The position numbers and the translations under genes were made by a program. Positions 10,701 to 21,233 of a stretch of 50,412 nt of DNA are shown in pieces. Source of the DNA: Catajapyx aquilonaris. Lineage: Eukaryota. The stretch spans positions 1-50,412 of the forward strand of contig JYFJ02002965.1 in the NCBI GenBank assembly GCA_000934665.2. Direction: 5' to 3'. Position 1 is the first letter of the stretch; each line of letters begins with the position of its first letter. The notes below the pieces were generated by a model, which saw nothing but the letters and a program-made list of their open reading frames with translations, had not been told where the DNA came from and made no database searches.

Positions 10701-13700
10701 TCGGCCCAGGAGGTCGCCTTCACCGTGGTCCTGCCCGACACTGCTTTCATCTCCGCTTTTGTACTGTGAGTTATGATCAAGCAGCGATTGGGATCCAGCC
10801 ATTGTGCAGCCCGGATAACTATATGTTTTATTTCTAACCTGACAGGGAAGTGGACGGGAAATCTTACGAGGCTTACGTGGCGGAGAAGGAAACGGCCAAG
10901 AAGACTTACGACGAGGCCGTCCAACACGGACAGACAGCCGGACATGTCGCAGTCAGTGCCCGTGACAGCAATTCTTTCACCGTGTCTGTCAACGTGGGTA
11001 GCGGAAAGAAGGTCGGCTTCAAGCTGACCTACGAGGAGCTTCTGGCACGACGTAGGGGACTGTACGAGCAGGTCATCACCGTCGACCCAGGACAACCGAT
11101 ACCTGAGCTTCGAGTCAAGGCGTGTGTCAAAGAGACATCCAACATCACCCTTCTGAAAATTCCTGCCTTGCGAGACAATGCTGAGAACGATGTCACCAAC
11201 ACTGGTATGTATACACTTTGCAGGCGGGTTGTCAAATTGGTGCTGACTGAACATTTTCCGCAGAAAATAAGATGGCCATCATCGACATGATCAGCCCAAC
11301 AGAAGCGTGCATCAACTTCGCTCCCAGCAAGAAGCAGCAACTGGACAACTATTCACACAAGGGCGTGTCTGGCCAGTTCCTGATCCAGTACGATGTCGAG
11401 AGAGAGCTGGATGCTGGCGAGGTCCTGGTGGTTGACGGATACTTTGTCCACTTCTTTGCTCCGGCCAAACTTCCACCACTCCGAAAGCACGTTGTGTTTG
11501 TGCTGGACACGTCCGGGTCCATGTGGGGACGAAAGATCGTGCAGCTGAGGGAAGCCATGACCACCATCTTGAGCGACCTTCGAGAGGATGACTACTTCAA
11601 CATTGTCCAGTTTTCCAGCGGAGTCACCATTTGGTCTCCAGAGTTGGAGGCAGCCGCCAAGGACGCTTACTACTGGGATCCACCATCCAATGCCGGAAAC
11701 CACAGCCTGGAAGCGTATCCAGCCAACGCCGACAACATAGCCAAAGCCAAGAAGTACGTGCAGTCCATGGAGGCCACTGGAGGCACCAACATCCACGATG
11801 CCTTGCTGGAGGCCCTGAAATTCACGGAGAAGCGACTGGAAGATGGCCGTGTGGAGCCATTGCTGGTGTTCTTGACCGACGGTGAGCCAACAGTGGGTGT
11901 GACCAACCCAGATCAGATCACAGCCAAGGTGACGGACACCAACGCTGCTGGACAAGTGGCCCTCTTCAGCTTGGCTTTTGGAACCGGAGCTGACTTTTCC
12001 TTCCTGAAGCGCCTGAGTTTGAAGAACGAGGGCTTTGCCCGCAAGATTTACGAAGCTGCTGATGCCCATCTGCAGCTGGGCGGATTCTACCAGGAGATTG
12101 CGTCACCTCTGCTAGCCAACGTCACTTTCAAGTACCTGGAGGACCAGGTGGACAGCACCTCTTTGACCCGCAGCAGTTTCCCCACCTACTTCGGTGGTTC
12201 CGAGCTGGTTGTGGCTGGCAAACTGAAACCAGACAGCGACCATGTGGAGGCCCAGGTTCGTGGCCTGTCAGCCGATGGGGACTTGGAACTTGGGATTGTC
12301 CGAGCTCCTCCAGCCTGCTTCTTCTATCCGGAACTGGCTCCGGCCGCCTCCGAAGACGACGAGTCCACGACAGCCGCCGTCGATTCCGATGCTCCAGTGG
12401 CCTCTCCCAGCATCCTTCGATACCCCGTCTGTCCCCCTATTGTGGTGCCTCCAACTTCGGAGCCACAACCGGAGTCTACGCCAAGACAGAAATTTGTGGA
12501 GCGTCTTTGGGCGTACCTAACGATCCACCAACTTCTGGAGAAGGATATTAGGTACAACTTTCGTTTCAATTAAAAAAAAAAGTGCATCGATTTTTACCGA
12601 TGCGGTTGTAATATGGAGTAACTCTGAAACACGTTGCAGCTTGTTGGGTGTATGGAATGGCATATATAGTAACTAACATGTATTGCAGTGACGACAAGAA
12701 TGGTGCTGAGACAACTACTGTTTCTACGACTCCCAGTACAAGTACAGCTGCTCCTGAAGCAGGGTCCTCCAGCGCTAGAGCACCCACAGTCATCGTGAAG
12801 GTCAAAGAAGAAACACCCAAGGAAAAGGCTCTGCGACTGGCCCTAAAGGTAAGCATCACTTCTTAGGGTCTAGAGATCATGCAAATCGCTAATGCGCTTT
12901 TTTATTTCTGACATATTTTTATTCATTTAGTACGGATTTGTTACTCCTGTAACGTCATTGGTGGTGGTGAAACCCAACGAGACACAGTCGTCGGCAGTGG
13001 ATGCCAAACCGGTGTCCGAGGATGACTTCCATTCCTTCAACGGTAAGACACAGCTCAAGTTGCCGACAATGGGAGGGTGAGGAAGAAATTAGTGACGAAT
13101 TTTGATTGGCCATTTAATTTGATTTTGTGCAGCACAACACAACAAGATTGTGAGTGGATCGCAACAGAGCTTTTCTAAAGTTGGGACTGTTGTCGTCCCA
13201 CAGAGTTTCGTTGTGGGTGGTTCAGGTAGGACTATAAAAAGTCTCAAGTAGGAATTACTAAACTGCTAACATGCCATAGTTTCTTCCTCACCTGTACTAT
13301 AACTTTCTCTTGATCTGCCAAACTCTTTGGTGGTGGAAAAAAAAGGTTGTGGTTCAAATGGTTGTGTTTGGGATAAAGCAGCTGAATCTCCTACTAATTA
13401 TTCACATTATTTTTTGTCTCTCTGCACCTGCCATTCATTTTGTACGCTGCATCTCCACTGCATTACATACACATCTACGTCACATCCTGCAGCACAAGCC
13501 CTCTACTCTGATCCAGGTACAGTATTCCCTATTTGTTGGGAACATATCAGTAATAATGTTTGTATTCTGTGTTCTCAAGTCATGTAAGTAAGCTAGTGGT
13601 AGACAGCAAAAGAATGCTGAGTCTTGATGGTAGGCTGTACAGTAGTTATTTTAACCTGTTTACTGTCTTTTTAATGGTGTAGGTGATGCATTGCATTTTC

Positions 13701-15912
13701 GCTCCGCCTTACCCAGGTCTGGTCCAGGTAGGCATGCTTGTAGAAATCTGTCTCCCCATATATAGGCTCAGGGGACAGTACTTTTTCCATCACTTTCCCC
13801 CCACCTTGAGCGACATTTTTGTTTCTGTATAGGTAGGAGTTTCGGTGTTCCAGCATTTCCTCTTGTACTTGATGCTATGGAAGATGATGATTATGAAGTA
13901 GAATTGGAATATGCTGGGCCAGGTATACACTCTCCCTTTTCACACTCACAATTCTAGGGTTCTGGGACTCTTGCCTCCAGCTTTCTTCCATTTTTATGCA
14001 TTTATATAGAGTATGAAAGCCGAATGGAATGGTAACAAGAGTGAGTAATAAGTTACACTAACCTTGACAGAAAAAAAATACTGTTTGCACTTTTTGTGCT
14101 GCAATTTCCCCAGACTTCCATATATTTGAATGTTGATGGGCTCCTGGCTTGAGTGAAGTGAAAGCAAATGTAAGCGTGACAGATACAATAATAGCAACGG
14201 AATCGACTGCAATCGTATGGTGAAATAATTCGCCAATCACTACAAACATGACAGGTAAACTTTACGTACAGTAGTTCATTGATAAATATTGATATTGCTA
14301 TTGGTGGGAAGAGACAGGTTGGCGAAGGGAAAGGGGAGCACCCAATTTACTGGGCTGCAGGTTTGATAGATATGTTTTCACTAGAATAGGACAAATAGTG
14401 TTAAGCAACGTGTCTACTATACCCAGAAATCGTACCACACAGCCCCATGCAGGATATGATCATTTTTGGGACGAGGGTAGATCGTAGATACAGTATTAAT
14501 ATACGAAGGGAATTCGCCAATATCTTACTATTGTGATTCTTTGGGGGATGCAGGACTACAAGGAGCCCCAATGAGCTTTAGAAGAAATTCTCGCCCTGCT
14601 GCATCTCATCGTACTGGTACGGATACCGCAGAACTTGGGAAAATATGGACAGTGGCGGTCCTTGCAGGCATTCAATCTTATGTCCTGACAGTTTTATGCC
14701 AATGTAGGCTTGGAACAATACAATTAACACAGGCGTTTTGCCACGGGCCGCCACTGCGATTATAGGCCAGGTTTACCCGATTTGTTTATTTTTTGTGTAT
14801 TCTTGATATGCAGGACTTACGGCTGGAAGACCCCATCAAAGGGCGCATGCTAGTCCTCGTATCTCAACAAGAAATTTTCCCGTTTGGCACGTGGATAGAA
14901 GCGATCTTGCTGTACATGATGCAACATTGCATTTGCTTCCTCCTATTGGTTTTCCAAGTGAGCTTCCCTTCTTCTTGACTTCTTTCCTTCCATTTCTTTT
15001 TTCCAATATGCGTGCATGCCAATCTAACCAACTACTTCAGCTCGATGTTTGCGAATACGTGTGAGAAAGATTCTCCATTGCTTATACTTTATGGCAGGAC
15101 TTGCAGGACCTCCCGCATATCCAGCAACGGCTTTTGCTGGAGGCGCTGGTGGTGGCGGAGGTGGATATTATCCAGGATTTCCAGGTCAGCCAGGAGGTAC
15201 TAGAATTCACATACTCTGGCTTTGTGTGTGCTTTGTATGTTTGCATGTGATTACTCATTAATGTTAGGAACAGTATAGTAATTTTCTATTCGTGTTACAT
15301 CAGCAGCACCTCATCCATCTGCACATCGTCCTGCACTGTACAGTACCACACCACGTAGACCTGTGCCTACCTATTACACCAGCACCACGAGGACAACATA
15401 CGCTCCAACCACTGTAGCTGTAGAAGAAACCACCACTGTGGTCTTGAAGCTGATCTTGGAAGACATCACCTGGCTGGAGGAGCACCTGGAGGAAGGCCTC
15501 CTGGTCCTTCCTGGAAACCGCACGTTCAAGCTTGGCAACGACCTGGTAATGTCCCCCAACATGCATTTTGAGAACTGACCACTAATTGACACCGGTAATA
15601 CCTTCCAGCCTGACCTGCCCTATGAGGATTGCATGACTCCCCGTGGCGAGTCGGGATACTGTCGTCATCTGCATGCCTGCGTGCAACCAGAATTCGTTTC
15701 AGATTTCGACGTCTTCCTCGAGTACTTCTGCCCCATTGCTGCAGAGTAAGTACATTTTTAGTTCATTAGCTGTTATGATGAAACCGTAGGTCACTGTCCG
15801 TAGTTCCTCCCCATTTTTATTTTCTTAATTTAATCTCCCTATTTTGTTGTTCCTTCCCAGATATGTTGGAGTTTGTTGCCCTGCCTCCCAGGATCCTGTT
15901 AGTTCGAGGTAG
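7757..15912 (+). CDS. ITIH4-like: Secreted inter-alpha-trypsin inhibitor heavy chain (H4)-like protein: signal peptide, VIT, vWA, variable linker, C-terminal clip domain; 903 aa without and 1089 aa with all linker exons
   Basis: Phase-consistent exons 7757-7870 (MWRTTAAIVLLLVTVG), 10518-10765, 10846-11204 (VIT), 11264-12551 (YFVHFFAP; vWA MIDAS DTSGS, GGTNI, LTDGEPT; ERLWAYLTI), 12689-12848, 12931-13042 (YGFVTPVTSLVVVKP), linker exons within 13133-15196, then 15304-15545, 15609-15745 and 15861-15912. Confidence 0.92.
11264..12551 (+). CDS. Large vWA-domain exon of the ITIH-like gene
   Basis: Acceptor ccgcag|11264 and donor 12551|gtacaa. KHVVFVLDTSGSM carries an intact MIDAS. Confidence 0.95.
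13133..15196 (+). CDS. Seven small phase 1-1 linker exons of the ITIH-like gene: 13133-13225, 13493-13516, 13683-13727, 13833-13922, 14554-14616, 14814-14957, 15098-15196
   Basis: Lengths 93, 24, 45, 90, 63, 144 and 99 nt, all multiples of 3. Each is bounded by YAG and GT and is stop-free in the required frame. Confidence 0.7.
15609..15912 (+). CDS. Clip domain exons (15609-15745, 15861-15912) of the ITIH-like gene
   Basis: CMTPRGESGYCRHLHACVQPEFVSDFDVFLEYFCPIAAEYVGVCCP gives C-x9-C-x5-C-x16-C-x9-CC. TAG at 15910-15912. Confidence 0.88.
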
Positions 15913-18900
15913 AACTGGTTTAAAAGGCTTAATCCTTTGTGCTGCTCAAGTTTTGGTTATTTACCCAGTTGTATGGTTTTTGTCCACATGTTGTTTTTCC
16001 GATATTTTGTATTCGTCACTGCAATGAACTTTGCTCATGCACTACTAGTTTGTTCTATTATTTTCCCTCGCATGCCCTGCCCTGCCACAATTTATGTTTT
16101 AAGGCTCATTTATTTCCATTATTTCCATGGCACATTCCCACACGCCATAATAATGAATGATAATAATTCACAATCTGCAAAAGAGGAAAATCAGACACTG
16201 TGCACACTTTTCAATAAGGCAGAATTTGTATGTGCAGCCACTTGTCAAGTGTCACATGCATGAATATATCCAAACTGTACCTCTCACTCGAAAACAATTT
16301 GAGTCACTATAATTGCAACCCAAATGTGAGCTAAATGTTTTAAAACCCGGCTGTGCAATTTTTTATTTAAAAAAGTGAATGGAAATATCTCGAGAGTTAG
16401 CACTATTTACCAATGACGTGAGTGGATTGGATTGAAATGTCTGCAATATCTCACACAGGCAAATTCAAATGGAGGACAGATTGAAGCTTCAGTGAAAAAT
16501 AACTCAACAGTCACATGTGGCAATCTTCAATCAAGATGCCCATGCTTTCACCACATGCAAGGAGAATTTTGCCAGGTAGGAAGTAACCCACATGTGTCCA
16601 TAATGTTGAAGGTTGCGTCTGGTAGGGATTAACAAAGTAGGTGGGTTAACAGTAGGGGGCCATTCGGTGTCTTTTGCCTGTCAGTGGCGGCATGGTCGTG
16701 TGCAAACTGGAAGGAAAGGCATCTGTGGTGGCGGTGTCTCCAGCTATAATAAAAATAAGAACCAGCCTTTTCCAACTCACCAAGCATCATGACTCTGTAG
16801 AATAAGCCTCTTTGTGCGAGTTAATCCCTTCCACTTGCGGGTTCAAAAGGCGATCCTGAAAGTATGGGTTCAAGGTCACGCCGGGTCACTGATGAGCACT
16901 CGGATTTCTATAGTTAGATGAAACCAGAGTCAACGTCTGACTTGATGCTTACTTCAGCCGGTTGATTCACGATTGGCGTTTGTCATTTTCTGGAAGAGGT
17001 ATGACTCACCTGGACAGGCGTGAAGCAGGCCGCCACCGAGGCACGTGGTCACCGGCTACCACCACCAGTACATTATCAGGACTTAGCGTGTAATGCACTG
17101 AACCTCACGCTAATTACAGTTTTGTAGGAACTTTTGGCGTACCTGTCAATTAAAAATCTATTCTACCTGTGACAATAAAAAAGTGGCATTCTGTCGTCAT
17201 CGTACATGTTGTAACATGATTGTAGCAGGATACCAAACGCAATGTCTTAAAACTGGATGCCGCATGAATTATTCAATTTGAAACCGATTTCCCAATATTG
17301 AACTTGTGCAGGTGGACTTGACATAAGTGACAGGGTATAGCATAAATATTGGCATCAAGATTATTGTTCATGTAGCGATTGTAGCCTATTACACACACCT
17401 ACCGAGTCCCGGACATAACTTGTTGTGGGTTACGGCAGCCTACTTAATAATAACAATGAAGTCAATTTTGGTAATTAAATGCTTGGGGGAGGCCATTTTT
17501 TATTGACAATATGTTCAATGTTAGTTCAATGCTAAAAACAGTACAGTAGTTGTTTTTTCAAGCATAGTCTATATGCTTCTGGCTTCAACTTGTCGGCCAG
17601 CTGCAGTTATTGTTATGTTGCACATTTTGTACCTGGTTTTTGGTTCTGACGTAACTTACGTTACTTGCAAAGGTCCAAGGTTTTTGAGTGGATGTTCATC
17701 AGTTAAGGTGATCTGTAATATGCACAGTGAACATCTGAGAAAGTAATAACCTTCCCACATCACATCCTATAATATTCTCCGAGGCTGCTTTGTGAATATG
17801 GTTAGCAACTGCGCATCAAATTTCACACCGGTTTCTGGATAGTCTACCAGTGCTCTACACGTGACTATACACGGGATATCAATTCTGAGTTACAAAACAA
17901 TGCCTCAGAATTGCGCAACAAAAATACAAGTACAGGCGAGACTCGAACCTTGTCCGAAACAGGCCTAATATTGCACATACTTTAGGATGACACATGATGC
18001 GAGGAAATTCCTGTGCTGGGTACCGCTGCACTTTCGGGCAGTTGCTCTTGGGTTACTCGAGATTAATTCTCTGTTATCAGTACCCAGCACTGGTTTTACA
18101 AGCATATGGGCAGTTTCAGAGTTCAGACACTACTTGCCTGATGATACCATACACCCCGGTTACTCGAAGCCTGAGACGTGCAGCATCCGTGCGGTAACGG
18201 AACTCAGGCATCACATTATCCCTAACGCGTTTCTTGGAAATCTGCCCCAAAGTGAATGCGCCATTGAGTAGCCTTATATTCACCAAATGGCTGTTATAAT
18301 GTGTTGAATAGGTGATGACAATCCAATAACTCTCAGGCAGGATCAAACCTTGCTCTGACGTTCAGCCTTATAGAATACCACGTATAGGGCACAATTGGCA
18401 ATTATTACTTTACTGTATATATCGACAAAAATGACTAGAAATTAATGGTTAGTCGCATCAGCACTATTTCCAATAATCGGAACCAGAATGGGTAATGGTA
18501 AATTTACGCTGACGACATTATACCTCGCCATGAACCATGGGAATTTCAGATGTACTGTAATAGTGCGGAGACATTTATTATGCCCTTTTTATCGTTCCAA
18601 TTTACTGAGCACCATTTTATCGCCTCTATGGAATGCCTAACTCTAGGAAGAACTCGGGCACGCATTATTTGAATTCTTTTGCATTCTTTTGCATTTATAG
18701 TGGGACATACTTTAACAATGCACATTTTCACCGGTATCATCCCAGCAGATTACTTTCTTAAGCTTGCATTCGCCGGTTTTTATGTCCTTGTGTTAATTCG
18801 TATGTCCAAAATAATACGTGCATATGTCATCAGTTGGGTATGTAATAGTTGGCAACGTTTATTTGTAGCTTAGTGCACAATAGTAATTCCGGCGAGTGAT

Positions 18901-21084
18901 TGGTGATGGAGCAAGGACGACCTTCTGGTTCCGATTAGACCCGGAGCCATCAGGTGCTGCCCATGACTGACTGACTCGTGCTACTGAGCTGCTGTCCGAC
19001 AGAGTACATATTTGCAGAAGGACTAGTTGCTCACAACTCAGTCTCACTAATGAGTGCCATCACAGCCTGAGGGACGCCTCGTAAACCTCAGACCCTCCCA
19101 TATTTTCTTTTTTCTTCTTCTTCCCCCATCACCCGCAGCCCCTTCTTCTTCGTATCTCTCTTCAGCAGACGACAACATGTCACCTCGGGGTCATCCGTCT
19201 TGCTCCCAAAGCAGGTCAATAGAATAGTGGACAGTTGGCCATACAAATAAGCTGGCCAGTACAGTACAGCATATTTTATTGGCATCATTGCTCCATAGTC
19301 GCTTGTTTTTGCAGCCTGTGTGGCGGAAGCAGTATGGAAGAGAGCGACCTAACCCTGGAATATAGGCCTCATTAGTTGTTTATCTGCTTGCTGCAGGCGC
19401 GTACACCCCCCGCCCACACCCCATGTCCCCCCCCTAAATCCCCTTCCTGGATGTGGCCTATCTCTCTCTTGTCCTTCCGCCCAGGAAGAGGTCGCAGCGG
19501 CAGCGTTGGTCCGCTGCTGCCAGGACCATCCTCCACATATATTTTTTAAAACCAATGTACAAGGTGACACATTGGCAATTGTTGGAAATGCGAGCTTGGC
19601 AGTGTACCACCGTGTATACTTATAGACGCACAGGGAGGGGGGACAAATAGTTGTCTTGGTCCAAGCGAAATGGGTTTTGCGTCATAGAGTGACGATGTTT
19701 TTCTTTGTGCTCGGGCACTTATGACTCGTGCCTCGAGGATGAAGGGCAGATTGTTGACCCGTGCTGCATTCCCCGACTTTCACGACCATTGTTGCCTCTG
19801 CTCCAGGCCGTTTGGTTCAATGTCACGTGCCATCGTAGTTACGCATTTTTTATATTGTGTGGGAGGAATGCGGTGCTGGAGATGTTTCTTTATTATTTCC
19901 GGGGGGGAGGGAGGAGGGGGAAGGACGCGGACGGGGCCTGATAAGTTGACCACTCGGAAATTTGAAATCAGGAGGGCAGTAGATTAGAGCAAGGAATTGA
20001 AGATAATCTTGGAAATGTTAAGCAGCCGGCAGTATTATGAGCATTAATTAGCGTGTAAATAAATACCTGAATATGTATATGAAGTGGGACTGTCATCGGA
20101 TCTGGCTAACTACCGTATGGCAGGTTTATGGGTTGATAAGAGAGCCAGAGTGTGGAAAATATTGGCTGGAGAACAGGTTTATCGTGTGATGTGACCGAAA
20201 ATATTTTTATAGTTGGTCTAAACCACTATTATCAGTGCTATTATGTAACATTTCTGTACAGAGAAAATTTTCAAACAGGCGGATCGTATTTCAGTAACAA
20301 AGTTTGGAATTACGGGGTATACCGGTGATGTACTGTACAGTGGGACCTAATGTCACTCGATTACGATTATGTAAGTGCCAGTAACTGCGATATGAAAATA
20401 TGATAATACAGCTAGCCTACTGTATCTTGAATATTATTTTCCAATCGTTATCGTTGTGTACAACCATATCTGAGTGGCATAATTGAATTATTTCCAGTTT
20501 CGACTGACATACGTTAATGTTAAATACAGGCGACTATTGAAGGCATCACGCGTTTGCAGGAAAATACCAGTAGCAAATACGTCACATAAGTGCTAACAGA
20601 CGCACCAGCATAAAGCAAATATCCACATTTATTGCAAAACCCTCTTTTCCAGAACTTTGTTCCTATACAAGTCCTAGCCAGGGCAAAGTTCAAGTGTACC
20701 TTTTCCCAACCTTTCCACCCCCTTTCACAGGTAACATCCCACACGGTGTTCCCTTGCCGACACGGGGTGGTAGAAACCCTGTTTGGTCAAAGTCCAACCA
20801 AGGAGCAGCTTGACGAAAAGAAAGAGCATGACTCATATACGGCTGGCAAAAGTGGGTATGGGGAGGGGTGGGCTGCAGGGGTTGGACATGACGCGATGTG
20901 CTAGTGCTGGGTGGTGGTAGGAGGAGCGGACCAAGGGGTGGGGAGGGGTGGCAGCAGTGGTGTAGCTTGTGCGTGGAAATGAGCAGCTTTCGTAGTTCAG
21001 ACCAAGTGCCGAGAGGACACCCCGGGGTATTTGTCGTCTGAGACTCGGTGAGTTCCGGAGGCTGTTGCTGCCTCCCCTTCCCTG

Positions 21085-21233
21085 CAGTCTATTGGGTGGC
21101 CGCGCGTAGGAAGCAACCTGCACCAGCATCCTCCGTCTGGACCAGCCCGTGTCCTCCTCTGCTTCTCCACCAGCCACGACTGGCCTGCTGCTCCTGCTGA
21201 CTGACTGCCTGACTGCCAGATACGGGACAACAG
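21085..21233 (+). other. Probable non-coding first exon of the serpent-like gene (5' end uncertain)
   Basis: GC-rich leader ends in the strong donor CAG|GTATGC at 21233/21234, with AT-richer sequence after it. The next coding exon opens with an acceptor at 25019 before its ATG. Confidence 0.45.

Noticed and set aside
10535..12569. Long minus-strand ORFs (239 and 238 aa) opposite ITIH exons
   Set aside because: Antisense shadows of codon-biased coding exons.
13958..14016. An eighth linker exon after ttctag at 13957
   Set aside because: It reaches an in-frame stop with no suitable phase-1 donor.
16885..16945. CTGATGAG...GAAAC as a hammerhead ribozyme, or TGATGA...CTGA as a C/D snoRNA
   Set aside because: Stem II cannot pair for a hammerhead. 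The element is too short, weakly stemmed and intergenic for a snoRNA.
17881..17960. Minus-strand B-box (GGTTCGAGTCT) and a small hairpin as a tRNA gene
   Set aside because: No A-box or cloverleaf; at most a SINE remnant.
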